Source: Macrostomum hystrix
Lineage: Eukaryota; Animalia; Platyhelminthes
Assembly (NCBI GenBank): GCA_950097015.1
Contig: CATNEN010000038.1
Coordinates: 11,160,001 to 11,224,000 of the forward strand
DNA: 64,000 bases
Direction of reading: 5' to 3'
Shown here: piece after piece, positions 10,421-23,920 of the stretch
How positions within the stretch are numbered: the stretch's first letter is position 1
Layout: every line of letters begins with the position of its first letter
Notes under the pieces: model-generated
Database searches by the model: none
Told to the model about the DNA's origin: nothing
The model's input: only the letters and a program-made list of their open reading frames with translations
Made by a program: the position numbers and the translations under genes

Positions 10421-11526
10421 AATAATATTGAGTTTTGTCTTACTATTGTCTCAATTGTGTCTACTAAGCATGAAACCAGCTAAATGTATGCATATATTTA
10501 TCACTAAACAAAGTGTTAGCTATAGAAATTTTAGAGTTCATAATAATTCACGAATCCAAGATAGTTCAGAAATTATTGTTTCTACTAATTTAACTTACAA
10601 GATATTGCTTTTTGATCCTTTAAGTGCATTTATCTCAAACTAAGGAGATATCGTACTGTAAGTATTTATTCACGTAAATAAAAACCATGTTTTTTTACAA
10701 GAAAATCTAGAAATAATCTTTAAAACACCACAAAATACGGCTAGAATATATATTTCTATATAATATATGCGCCACCTCATTTGATTTATTTGAATTTTGC
10801 TAGACTTCATCGAAGTTGTAGTTCCGCCTTTGAGCTTAAATAAACAAAATATTATTTTTGCTTGTCACTTAAGTAATATTTACCCATTTACCATGTTTAA
10901 GTAATAACCACTTTAAAATAAAATATGTATTAAATTGTTTTTTTAATCTGTCATCTAGCTTGCTTGCATGTTAACGGGTTATTTGGTTCAAGACTTTATT
11001 AAATTTAGATCTAAAGTAAGTACGTTCATCGCTTTTGGGCTTCTTATCTTGTTTAATTTCATTTCTTTCTTATGTCCCTATCTGCCATTCACCATAATAT
11101 GTAAAATCTACATAACATGTCTGCAGTAAATTAATTTTTAAAAATTGACGACAAGTTGAATACTCAAAATGACGTATTTAAAATTCGGATGTTTAACGAT
11201 AATTGAAAAGCGGATACACAAAGAGGTGATGGCGTAATATCGCTGTGTATTAATTGAAAAAAATACAAAATTCTGCTGGCAGACACATAACAAAGCGCAT
11301 ATGAAAATAAAAACGAAGCACTTTACTTCAATTCAATTGATTTTCGCTACCTGTTATTTTAAGGCGAGCGTAACAAAATTTTATGTTAAAATAGAGAATA
11401 AAATATAGAAAAAAAAGGTTAATATAAATTGCAAGAGGAATACCATTGCGAAGAGAAAAGGGGAGAAAAACTGGATTAGAAATACACTCATAGTGTTACG
11501 ATCAATCCTTTGTAAATCATTATTTT

Positions 11527-13353
11527 TTAGATAAGCTGAAACTGCTTTAGACTGTTGCGCAGGTGAACCAGTTCCCGATCGATATTGTCCAACTTCTTCT
11601 CGAGCATCTCCTGAAGGAAAAGTGTAGAATAAACAATACATCAGAATCCTGTGGTTAAACTTATTGTAAAGAAATAAAAAGAACAATATAAGCACCGGAA
11701 AGATTCTTAGGTTACGAGTTGATAAGTTTAGGTTGTTAGTTTCAGCATGATAGCTAATTAACAGTTACTTTTGGATACTTTTGGACTAAATTAACAAATT
11801 TCAATATATTTCTGAAAAAAGTATGTGAGTTTTGGATACGCTTTATAGATAAAAGATTATAGATTAATTTTATATTTGCAACGCGATACTCATGACGTGA
11901 ATTAAGAATTTTCGCTAGCAAGGTCACATTTATACAAGCGTAAAACCAACATGAGGCTTCCTGCTGGTTCGATAGGTCGCAGCATCGACGTAGACAGGCT
12001 TCGGACTGTAAGACTGAGCAATCTTAAAAAATCAGAGTTGAAAACATAACCAAACTACTTTACTGAAAGTAGAAATATTAGAAAATTTCAAAATAAATTA
12101 GAAAAAAAGAACTCGTACTACGCTACTGCAAGTAGAAATACAAAAAACTATGAGATACCTGATCGGGAACACTGTGCCAGGTGTGATGCACGGAGCCGGC
12201 TCGGGGAACATGACTCAGAGCCGCTTCAATCTCGCGTCTCTCCACCTGCAGACAATCGTAGCGTCGCTCCAGTTCGCTAGGATCGCCAGACAGTTCCAAC
12301 GCGTCGGCCGTGTCAATGAGCTGGTGGCGTTCCAGATTAACTAGGGAGCGTCGAACGCTCTCAACAGCTGCCACTGGAGCTCCCGTTACGCCCGCGTCGT
12401 CGGAGTTGTCAACAATGGCTCCACCATAGTCGCCTATGCCGACAGAAGCTCGCCTATCTGTGCGGCGATTGCGCAGAAACTGCAGCTCAGATTCGGCGGC
12501 TGCTAGTCGGCTCAGAAGGGCGTCGCAAAGGCGCCTACTGCGGGCCTGACGATCCTCGGCTGAGGCCAGCTCCCGCTCCTTGGCTGCCAGGGCGGCGCGA
12601 AGGCGATTCACTTCTTCAGCGAGTGCCAGGTCAGTTGGATAGGCTACGCCTCCAAAAGAATGAACGGAGTCGACCAACTGAAAGAAATTATTTAAGACTT
12701 ACTTGAATTACTTAAGTTCTTAAAGAAATTGAAGAAATTAATGAAATTATCAGTATAAGTAATAACAGTACAATATTATAAATTTTTCAGGTAAAATTAA
12801 AAAAAACTTACTCGGTCACCCAGATTAGCGTCGGCGATCGCTGTAATCGAGCTTCTATGATTGGCCAACTGCTCGTCCAATAGGCGACGCTCTGAGGCTA
12901 AATTGCGCTTAACTATCTCCTGTAAAAATATCGTGAAGTTATACTCGTAGTATCCCAACACACTAATCAGTCTAATATCAAGTAAAAATAAATGAAAATG
13001 CGAACCTCCAATTCGTGCAGCTCATCATTATGCTGCTGAGTTTTCTGTTGCACATAGGCTTGGTGACGACTGTCCAACTGGTTAAATACCCTATTCCATT
13101 GCTCCTAGAAGCAGTTTTTTCATGTTTAAACGATCAGTTTATGCCTACTCAATAGTTAGTAAGTAAAAATAAAATAGACATATACCTCACTGTAATCCTT
13201 TGTAGCAGTTTTCATGCATATGATTGCAGTCGGATTATCTTGCACAATGGCTTCATGCAGGCGATGCAAAATTACATTGTCAGCGCTGGTGTCTGTACCA
13301 AAATCGCTCTTTGGACTTCTATGGGACCGGGCACCATATGAAGTCATTGTCAT
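11527..13353 (-). CDS. MPHOSPH9: M-phase phosphoprotein 9-like coiled-coil protein; exons 13353-13186, 13104-13006, 12919-12812, 12677-12159, (possible 12022-~11950), 11610-11527
   Basis: All phase-0 GT-AG junctions. C-terminal ERRYDCLQVERREIEAALSHVP...EMLEKKLDNIDRELVHLRNSLKQFQLI* resembles the conserved MPHOSPH9 C-terminus (IEAALSRMP...LEDRLE.INREL..VR..LK.F). 5' end uncertain. Confidence 0.7.
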
Positions 13354-16182
13354 AATACTGGAAATGTGTGCAGATTAGCTTATTAAATGTTTTCATTGTT
13401 CTTTCTTAAATAGTATCATTATTTAGATAGCGAAAGTGTATTATTTTAATATAGTAAATATAAGTTTGCATAGACAGTATACTAACTAATTTATGTAATT
13501 TTTTATTTTAAACAAAGACAAAAAAACAAAATTTCTGCTGACCATTTAAAAAAATAAGAACTGTAAATTTAGTCCAATAAGATATGCTATAGCTACCTCA
13601 TTACTAGCAATTGTTGTTTTTGTTACACAATTTATTGGTGTTGCTCAACAAGGTACTCTGGCTGCCAATTTATGCAATCAGTATTTTAGCCTGGAGGACA
13701 GTTTGACTGAGGTTCTGCTCTACATGAGACTCATTTGCCTGCTGAGCCCCTGAAGCTGGTGCATTGTGTCAAAGTAAAAGCCAAAAGGAGCTCAATTAAA
13801 TCAGCAGCTCAAATAGCCTGTGAAGAATTGATACAGTATCCATCTGCTTTTGTCTTGGACTTTGAGGTGGCCATGTGGGGAGCACTGAGAGCAGATGAGC
13901 AGGCACTCAATGCCTCATTTTAAAGCGACCCCATGTGTACAGCCACATTGGACAAGCTACATGCCTCCCACTAGACTTTGTGCTTCATACTGAGGTGGCA
14001 CTGTTAAGAAATACTTATATACATATGTATTATGTAGTCATTCTTACATTTCATGTTACTATATTTTTCTTTCTGCTGTTTTGTGTTTTGTTGTTGAACT
14101 GATGCAAAATCTAAACAATAAAACTAGGGAAAGAGTATAAATGTGAAAAATCTAAGCATACATGCACATGTTACCAGGATAGTTTTTGCTGAAGTCAAAT
14201 GTCAAAGTCAACCAAAATGGCAATCAGAAAGTGAATTTTGACCCAATTTATAACAGCCATGTGAAAGGGGAAATGTACATATAATATGGTTTGTACTTGC
14301 ACTGTTGAATATCTATATAGCTATTTAAGAATGAATAGCCAATTTCAGGCGCAATGGAACAGAGGGGGAACTGGCTTTTGCTTTCACAGGGTGTAACATT
14401 TTAAGGCCGAGTCCAGCAATGGAAATTATATAGAATTTCTACACTTGCATTTAAATGAAATACATGCATTGAAAAGTTGAAAGTCGGGACAATTGGCTAT
14501 CACATGATGTGTAGAATAATATAATCTCCATTATTGCAAATGCTGTTATGAAGCTAGCGACCAACAGTATTTAAAGTGCAAGTTTTTTCTCTTCTTGCTG
14601 ATTCCAACCAGGATATTGGTGGCTCTGAACAGCTAAGCATTGCTTCAGTGTTCATTACACGTTTGGTTCCACTGCCTGCCTGCCTGATTCAAAAGGTCTA
14701 CAATGGCCAATTGTTAATTTAAAATGCTACACTCTGACTCCATGGGTTACAGTACTAAAATTAAGTAATTTGCTTTAATTAATTGATTAGCATGATTAAC
14801 TATGATGCTACTTATTACATACATGTATAAATAGGTGTAGTCATTATATATTTTATTTAAATAAATTAACGATATAAATGATCGTTATGGGCAAGACAGC
14901 AAAATATTGAACTGATTCAATGACTCATTTGCTTAACTTAAATTTGAATAAGTAACATTTGATAAATACTTTGAAAACTTTGAGCTAGCACTCTTGTGAC
15001 TTGGGTAAAAAAACTTGGTTCCGTCTTTCGTGCTAATTAGAAGCAAGTGAGCCCGTAAATGCACGGGAACTTAAGTCACGTACTTACTTACTTAACTTAA
15101 CTTCACTTAACTTAAGAACTTAATCACGTTGCCGTGTAAATAAGGCGTGCGCCGCTAATCAAGGCCGGTTGACAAGAAAGGGCCAACAAATGAAGTTAAA
15201 AATGTTCGTAAACTTTTGTTTCGTAGATAGAGTAAACTAACAAATTCGTTTTAGCTTATGATGTTTTACTTCAATTAAAGTAAGAAATAATATTTTCAGA
15301 TCTTTTTCGCCGTTTCTGTTATCATTAACATGACTTTTCAGACAAATAACATTCACAATAAAAAGAGTCAGCAGCTTTTCGACTCAAATGCATTCTTTCA
15401 TTTTGAAGCTAACACGATGAGTTTGACGTCTCAACGAAGCAATTATGTGTATATGAAAATTACGTTATTTTTTGCATTATATATATATATATATTATACT
15501 ATATTTTGTACTAATTGATATCCCATGTCCAGTAGTATATTTTAGTGCTTTGTTCTTTATTTTTTTTCTTTTATGACCATCAGCTACATGAGGTTTATAA
15601 AATAAGTACCCTTTGCACTGTTTGGATAGCTTTCACCATAATTAACTCGTAAAGCATCTGAATACTATAATGACGTGCAGAATGACAACATATTTACGCT
15701 CGCCAAGAAAGCAAAATCTCAACTTCCACTCTGTATAGCGCGCTAGATAATATCATATTTCAGATTTATCAGTATTGCTTATAAAATTAGACACTACTCT
15801 AACTGACGTTAAAACTATAGCCCAAGAATTTATTTATCCAACTTCATCTGTTCTAAGTATAAAAAAATTTTTCTTATAACTTTTAATGAACATCTGGTAA
15901 TTTTAATGCTAGACCTTTTATTTGCTTAATAGACTCATATTTAGATATACAAAAATAAGTTCTATATTGGAGGCAAAGTAACGTAAGGTCTACAGAAGCA
16001 CTCTATTTTTGAAGTATGTCTGTTCTGCTTCTATGGCAGTGTATTCGTAATATATTCGTAATATTTTTTCAGCACCGCGGTTCAATTTGCATTAAAATCA
16101 AGGTCCTCTAGAGACCGAAGGCTGCCCAGCTTTAGTTGCTATTTGCTACAAAAAAGTTATCCAAAGCAGTTGGACTCACTAA

Positions 16183-19100
16183 ATGTCAGCTTCCGACAGT
16201 GACTCGTCATCCATGCTGCTAGGCGGCAGCGCAGCGACATCGCTGATCCGTAGCCAGCAGTCGCAGCCGCAGCAGTGCTACGTCTGTCACATGCGCTTCA
16301 CCTACACCGGCTTTCTCGCGCACCTACAGAGCGACACTCACAGGGAGAATCTTAACAGGGAGCAGAGACAGAAGTACACAGACAGGACAGACACAGTCAG
16401 CGCCAGCGGAGGAGGCAGCTTTAAGCGACCGGATCCTAGCGAGCTGCGGCTGAGCCCGCGACTCCTGGCTGACTCGGATGACAGTCGATTTGGTCGGGGC
16501 GGCCGAGGTGGTGACGGCGGTGGCAACGGCGGCAGTGGTGGCGGTCGTGGAAACGGTATTCAGGCTTTTTGTGAATTTTTAGTTTTTAATACTTCAAAAT
16601 AAGAACAGTGTAAAATAGAGAAATATTAATAGTGATAACAACAGTAGTATTCGCAGAAGGGCTGTGGTTGATCCTGAGCCTGGGGTTGGCAATCATGGGC
16701 GTAAGTACCAGGGAACTTTAACCGCTCTTAATGAGGTACAAATGGCTAAATATACATTCAAATGTTAAATTATCACAATGAAATAACACCAGGCACCATT
16801 GGCGGTAGAAGCGGCGATCGCGTCAAGCGCCTTTTGCATCGCGACGCTGACAGACATCGTCGCACGGAGGCGCTCCTGGCCGAGACGGCCAGTAAAATTC
16901 GTCAGTTTCGACAGGAGCGTCTTGCGGCAGCCTCAGAAACATGCGGGACGCCAGCTGACAGTCGACAACAGCAACAGGATCGTCGACGACGTCCCGAACC
17001 AGTTGGCGACGCTGCCGGAGTCGACGATACGGACGTAACAGCGGTGGCATCCACTGAAAGCGGCGGCAGCACCTGTCGCACTGTCGGCTCCTCTGCTTCG
17101 GCCACGTCTTCTCTGCTGACACCGTCGACGATGGCAGTTGCTGCCGGTGGAGCTGCTAAAGCCGCCGCAGCTGCAGCGGTGTCGTCTACAAAGTCGTCAA
17201 CAGCGGCAACGACCACAACTGTCACGCCGCTGGAAACCGTGCGCAGCAATGACGAATTCGAGGTTTGAAGAATCGACCATGAAAATCGAACCATTGACGA
17301 AGCTCCGACCCCAATTCATAGCTTTCCTTTCTCAATTTCGATCAGGCACAGCAAAGCCGTCGCCGCGGCCTCACCAAGCTGCTGCGCGACGCCGCCGTTC
17401 TCACTGAGGACCCTCCGTCGACACCGTCGGTGCCTTCTTCGCGAAGGTCGGACTCAGCGACGCAGTTTCCGACTCCAAGGAGCGAGTTGCCAATTAACCA
17501 GTTGCCTGTGACGCCGCCGTCACAACCGGCAACTCTGCTAGAGCTGCGGGCCAATTTCGATGACGATGCTGCGTCGCCAATAGCTTCGATTGTTTCTTCC
17601 TCAAGGCGCAGTCGCGAGGTGGAGCGAATGCAGGCGGCTCTGGAGCTGTCTCTGCAGGAAGACGAGCTGGAGGCTGGCATTGAAGAAGTTGATGGTCGCA
17701 TCGCTAGCCTAATGGAACAGATTGATCAGCTGAGGGCGGGCATCGAGGCCGAGGAAGCTGTCAAACAGCAGGTGAGATTTCAAATCTTTTCAACCTATAG
17801 TCTTGCAGAGTACAAATACTCGTAGATTCGCGTCAAGTAGACAAGGAAAATTTCCCCATTCAAACCTCGCGTCGAAATCTTTCAGTTACTCGAAAGGAAA
17901 GGCTCTCTAACGCAAAGACGTGTCGCCATTCTTAAAGGTTGGGCCTTTTTTCTAGTAAAAAAACTGTTAATTTCGTGTTAACCCAATCGATTCAACACAT
18001 CACACATCGCAGAGTCCTTCCAAATCCCTGAGGAGGCAGTTTTTGCTGCTGCTGCTGCTTTTGCAAGCCTCTCACCGCGTCCGAGCCAGCACTCGCCCTA
18101 CCGGCTTCCAAGTGCTCAAACACCGCGGCATCAGCTCATGCAGCTCCATCCAAGCCAGGCTCAGCAGCTGGACAGCGTCACTCCTACAGAACTGGATGAG
18201 ATCGAGACGATGGAAACGCCGCGTCAACCATCATCAAGACTACTCGATGGCGTAGAAGTTGTCGAAGCTTACGACGAATATGACAACGAAACTCCGGTAG
18301 CTGTTGAACTCGACGATGAAACTGACGATAACTCTACAGACACAATCCGTCACCAATTGGTGCAGAAAGTGCTGGAGACTGACAAGCTGGTCAAGAAGCA
18401 GCAGCAGCAGCAGCAGCAAGCTGTTGATTCTCCTCGCGATGCCGAGCTGATCAACTCCACTCTGAGCCGCCTGCTGCAGCCACTACCCGATCTGCCACCG
18501 ATGCAGCCACCAAACTCTGCGCGAAGGCATCTGCAGCAGCAGCAAAAACAACAAAACGGTGGCTTTAGTGGACGAGCGACTGCAGTCCCGGAGCCTCCGC
18601 TGGATGGGCCGCCGCCGGAAGTGCTCAGCGATGTTCTATCATCGCGATCGCGTCAGAATGACCAGCCTAAGCAGAGACCCGCTTCAGCTGCAGGATCAGT
18701 GTTTCCTAAAAATTGCGTCGAGCTGCAGCAGCAGCAGCGTTTATCGACGAACGCGTCATCCGCCTCCTCCGATGCTGGCAGCGCCAGGAGGGCCCCAGCC
18801 AGCGGCGGAGGCGGCAGTTTTCGTCGGGCCGCCTCGGAGACGCAGCTTCGTCGCAGCCGACCACGCCGCCAGGATCCGGAATTCGCGGCCGCCCTGCGGG
18901 ATTACCTTCACGCCAGCTCCAGCTCCGACGTCGATCTGGACGAAACTGTTCAAGGCAAGGCTGAGCGCGCACCGCCGTTGAAGCAGCTGGCGGCTGTGGA
19001 AGCGACTTCGGGTAGGCGACAGGCCAATGCGCTGTCAATCACTGGCAGGTAAGCGCTGCTGCATGAATTGAAAACTTCTATTGGTTAAACGAGTAGTTAG

Positions 19101-20753
19101 CCCAAAAACCACACAACATTTACCAACAGATCGCTCGACTCGTCTTCAGCAGCCATTTTGGAGGCCAGAGAAGCGGCGGACTCGTCTCGAAGCAGCGCAA
19201 CCGTCACAGACGGCCGCGGTGGCGCCGTTGTCGGCGTTGTCAGCAGCACCTCAGACGACACTGCGTCGTCGTTTTCCGCTCCCGGCCTTGTGTTTCCTGG
19301 CCGAATTTCCGTCAGCGGCGACGGCAACAGCCGTGCCTCAGTGGCCATTCGCAGCGCTGCTGTGCAGCTCGGCTTCCTGTTCACCGCGACGGCTGACGGA
19401 GCCATTCAACGGTACTCCCTTCGCACTCACCGTTGCATGACAGTCTACCGTCCAGCTAGCGACCCCAGCTACGACGCAGATTATGTCGCCTGCCTTCTGC
19501 TGACACCAACGACGGAGCCTCTAGTGTTGTTCGCCGAGGGTGCAGCTCTGGTTGGTCACGACGCTCGGACGGGCGCTCGGCTGCGACGCTGCGAGCTGCC
19601 GTCGCCGGCCACCGCGGCCTGCCTGCGCTGGGGTGCCGTGTATGTCGGCTGTGCCGACGGCCGAGTTGTCAAGTACGACTTGTCTGCTGAATCCTTGCGG
19701 TAAGCCGTTGAAGGATGGAATAATAATATTAAGTTTTTTCAAATGCCCAAATCGGCCAGATGTACAGCCGACAGCACAGCCGCAGCTATTGCGCGGCGCA
19801 TCTGAAGACTGCGTACAGCTGTTCAGTCCATGGACTGGGGGGACGCCACACCCACCTTCAATTATCCCAGTTAATGCTGGTACCCATTTTTCAGCTAGGT
19901 GAACTAAAGCAATGCAGTGTCTTGCTAAAGAACGCAAAATGTTCTAGTAGAGTCAGGAATCGAACCCCCGACCTTCAAGTCCTAAGTCCGACACTATGCT
20001 GCATGTAAGACACACGGCCCGCTCACAATCAATCGATCTCATAAATTACACTCCTGCAGAATCGTAGTTGAGGTCGGCAATTCAACAGCCAATGAGCAGT
20101 CATCAACGGTGACTTCAATCGAGGCGGCTCTGCAGCAGCCAGGCGGTCGTCGCGTCCTACTGCGCGGCTGCAGTTCAACGCCCGACCTTCTCGTGGCCGA
20201 CGAGCGTACTGGACAGCTGCTTGCTCGGCTGCGCCCGAATGTCGAAGGCGAAGATCAGCAGCTCGATGCTGAGGGTCCGGTGCTAGCCATCCGCGTGGCC
20301 CCTGGCAGCGGTATCGCTTTTGCTGTTAGTCGTCGACGCCTTCTGGCGCACCGAATCTCCGTCGACGGCGATCCGGCGCCGCTCTGGCATCTACCGGCAG
20401 CTGGCGGGGTGGATTTCACCTGCTTGCACTTGGGCATGCGCTCCGATTGGCTGTTCCTCGGCCAATCAGACGGGTCCGTGCTCTGCTTCTGCCTGGACCA
20501 GCAGCGGCCTCACTCGTTTCCTGACACGCCTGCAGTCAGGCTGGGGCCGAGCTCCAAGGCCGCGCCAATCACGTCCGTCACCTTCTACGATGTTGGTCGC
20601 CACGTGGTTTGCGGCGACGCCGCTGGCTGTCTGGTGATCAGCGACAGCCTGCCGGCGCCGCTGCCATTGCCGCCAACGCAGACGGTTTCAGCTGAATGTC
20701 GCTTTTCGCGAACGTCGACGGATGTGCCGCCGCTAAATTTTGGTGGCGACTGA
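16183..20753 (+). CDS. ZNF106: ZNF106/ZFP106-like protein: N-terminal C2H2 finger, low-complexity middle, coiled coil, C-terminal WD40-like repeats; exons 16183-16555, 16793-17262, 17346-17771, 17886-17937, 18013-19048, 19130-19699, 20060-20753
   Basis: Phase-consistent GT-AG junctions. CYVCHMRFTYTGFLAHLQSDTH finger; LFTATADGAIQRYSL, VYVGCADGRVVKYDL, LFLGQSDGSVLCF and VVCGDAAGCLVI WD-like strands. The symbol is inferred from architecture. Confidence 0.65.
19791..20001 (-). mobile_element. tRNA-derived SINE in the last intron of the ZNF106-like gene
   Basis: Minus-strand B box GGTTCGATTCC (19956-19966) followed by a CORE-like TTTAGCAAGACAC; 3' part shared with the 8089 and 51398 copies. Confidence 0.75.
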
Positions 20754-21119
20754 TCAACTGGAAAAATATTTTGTGGGTTTTGCGTTTTGCTTGCGAGTTT
20801 GTAAAGTTTCTTAATATCTCTTCCTGATTGGCACATTTTATTAGTTTTCTTCGCCTTATGCTACTCAAATTTTCTTGTAGTTAGTAGTTTAGCTAAATTT
20901 TTACACTTTTATTGTTTTGCTAGAAAAATCTCCTTTTACGAGTACAAGCGATAGTTTTTGCGTGTTGTTACATCTTTTTGTAGCATTCATTACGCGTAGG
21001 ACACCCTTTCATTTTTTTAATGACTTAAACCTTTGTTGAGCCATATTCTTTCCACTGAAAAATGGATTCGTGCACTTTTAGGTATCTGTTATTGTCTCTA
21101 ATGACGGAAGGGCTCGGTA

Positions 21120-21745
21120 CTGAGGTGGGGCAGGAAGGGCCCGAGGCGTGAGGTGGGGCAGGAAGTGCCCGAGGCGTGAGGTGGGGCAGGAAGTGCCCGA
21201 GGCGTGAGGTGGGGCAGGAAGTGCCCGAGGCGTGAGGTGGGGCAGGAAGTGCCCGAGGTGTGAGGTGGGGCAGGAAGTGCCCGAGGCGTGAGGTGGGGCA
21301 GGAAGTGCCCGAGGCGTGAGGTGGGGCAGGAAGTGCCCGAGGCGTGAGGTGGGGCAGGAAGTGCCCGAGGTGTGAGGTGGGGCAGGAAGGGCCCGAGGTG
21401 TGAGGTGGGGCAGGAAGGGCCCGAGGCGTGAGGTGGGGCAGGAAGGGCCCGAGGCGTGAGGTGGGGCAGGAAGTGCCCGAGGTGTGAGGTGGGGCAGGAA
21501 GGGCCCGAGGTGTGAGGTGGGGCAGGAAGGGCCCGAGGCGTGAGGTGGGGCAGGAAGGGCCCGAGGCGTGAGGTGGGGCAGGAAGTGCCCGAGGTGTGAG
21601 GTGGGGCAGGAAGTGCCCGAGGCGTGAGGTGGGGCAGGAAGTGCCTGAGGTGTGAGGTGGGGCAGGAAGTGCCCGAGTCGTGAGGTGGGGCAGGAAGTGC
21701 CCGAGGCGTGAGGTGGGGCAGGAAGGGCCCGAGGCGTGAGGTGGG
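21120..21745. repeat. 28-bp G-rich minisatellite (TGAGGTGGGGCAGGAAGTGCCCGAGGCG)n
   Basis: About 22 units. Confidence 0.97.
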
Positions 21746-22279
21746 TAAACTAAGGCCAATGTGAGAATATTTAGACTTGTAGTATAAATCAACAACAACA
21801 ATACTAAATACATATGAAGGCGGATACAGTATAAAGGCATCTACCCAGTGGTCATAACTATTTTTCAGCTCTCTTTTTCAATCGTTTTATTGTGCATAAC
21901 TTCTTCCTTGAATTAGTAATTACAATTCAGCTTGGCTGACTACCGCTCAATTTGAGCAGCCGGTTGCTCTATTTAATATTTTATTGTATCTAGAATCATT
22001 TCTAGTTATGAAAGAGGAAATTTTCTGTTAGCTTCTTAGCCATCGCTGATATCTGGAAAATAATAAGTGAACTATGAGACTTTGAAGGCAAAAATATTTA
22101 ATGGTGTTAAATATGAAAAACGACAAGGTTAACTTAATGGGACGCCACGACAATCACCAAATTGACAAGCCAATTGATAAAAAATGTTTACTAGAAAACC
22201 TGAAGAAAACTGGCTACCAACGTACTTGTTACGAGAAATTCGAAATCACAAGACTGCCAAGGTAGTAAGACCATAATTC

Positions 22280-23890
22280 ATCAGTCACTCATGCATCATT
22301 TCTCACACCTCATGCATCATTTCTCACACCTCATGCATCATTTCTCACACCTCATGCATCAGTCTCACATCTCATGCATCATTTCTCACACCTCATGCAT
22401 CATTTCTCACACCTCATGCATCATTTCTCACACCTCATGCATCAGTCTCACACCTCATGCATCATTCTCTCACCTCATGCATCATTTCTCACACCTCATG
22501 CATCATTTCTCACACCTCATGCATCAGTCTCACACCTCATGCATCATTTCTCACACCTCATGCATCATTCTCACACCTCATGAATCCTTCACAGACCTCA
22601 TGCATCATTTCTCACACCTAATGCATCATTTCTCAGATCTCATGCATCATTCTCACACCTCATGCATCATTCTCACACCTCATGCATCATTTCTCAGATC
22701 TCATGGATCATTACTCAGACCTCATGCATCATTTCTCACACCTCACGCATCATTACTCAGACCTCATGCATCATTTCTCACACCTCATGCATCATTACTC
22801 AGACCTAAGGCATCATTTCTCACACCTCATGCATCATTACTCAGACCTAAGGCATCAATCTCACACCTCATGCATCATTCTCACACCTCATGCATCAGTC
22901 TCACACCTCATGCATCATTTCTCACACCTCATGCATCATTCTCACACCTCATGAATCCTTCACAGACCTCATGCATCATTTCTCACACCTAATGCATCAT
23001 TTCTCAGATCTCATGCATCATTCTCACACCTCATGCATCATTCTCACACCTCATGCATCATTTCTCAGATCTCATGGATCATTACTCAGACCTCATGCAT
23101 CATTTCTCACACCTCACGCATCATTACTCAGACCTCATGCATCATTTCTCACACCTCATGCATCATTACTCAGACCTAAGGCATCATTTCTCACACCTCA
23201 TGCATCATTACTCAGACCTAAGGCATCAATCTCACACCTCATGCATCATTCTCACACCTCATGCATCATTCTCACACCTTATGCATCAATCTCACACCTC
23301 ATGCATCATTCTCACACCTCATGAATCCTTCACAGACCTCATGCATCATTTCTCACACCTAATGCATCATTTCTCAGACCTCATGCATCATTTCTCACAC
23401 CTCACGCATCATTACTCAGACCTCATGCATCATTTCTCACACCTCATGCATCATTACTCAGACCTAAGGCATCATTTCTCACACCTCATGCATCATTACT
23501 CAGACCTAAGGCATCAATCTCACACCTCATGCATCATTCTCACACCTCATGCATCATTCACACCTTATGCATCAATCTCACACCTCATGCATCATTCTCA
23601 CACCTCATGAATCCTTCACAGACCTCATGCATCATTTCTCACACCTAATGCATCATTTCTCAGATCTCATGCATCATTCTCACACCTCATGCATCATTCT
23701 CACACCTCATGCATCATTTCTCAGATCTCATGGATCATTTCTCACACCTCATGCATCATTTCTCACACCTCACGCATCATTACTCAGACCTCATGCATCA
23801 TTTCTCACACCTCATGCATCATTACTCAGACCTAAGGCATCAATCTCACACCTCATGCATCAATCTCACACCTCATGAATCAATCTCACT
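22280..23890. repeat. 20-21-bp minisatellite (CTCATGCATCATTTCTCACAC)n with ~370-bp higher-order repeat
   Basis: Marker tgaatccttcacagacc at about 22581, 22952, 23322 and 23608. Confidence 0.95.
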
Positions 23891-23920
23891 CATCAAATCG
23901 CAATCGAGCTGTTCTCTCGA

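Larger units (their letters stand above)
9882..10445 (+). mobile_element. 5'-truncated Penelope-like retroelement with inverted pseudo-LTR
   Basis: Inverted repeat about 9907-10087 / 10219-10452. The spacer encodes MHIKLHKPTLIVQLSGGGASEQLLVF* (10107-10187), resembling the PLE GIY-YIG C-terminus (I..KP.LN.Q...L.LF). Hammerhead motif in each arm; 13-bp direct repeat ttgtctcaattgt at 9869-9881 and 10446-10458. Confidence 0.8.

Noticed and set aside
15048-15146. Possible small inverted-repeat element around (ACTTA)n
   Set aside because: Ends match poorly and no TSD is evident.
16666-16677. TGGTTGATCCTG matching the 5' end of 18S rRNA, or a possible snoRNA
   Set aside because: Only 12 nt, in sense rather than antisense orientation, with no convincing C box.
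19800-19835. CTGAAGA plus hairpin in the SINE as a hammerhead
   Set aside because: No GAAA after the stem, and CTGAAGA is not kept in the other two copies.
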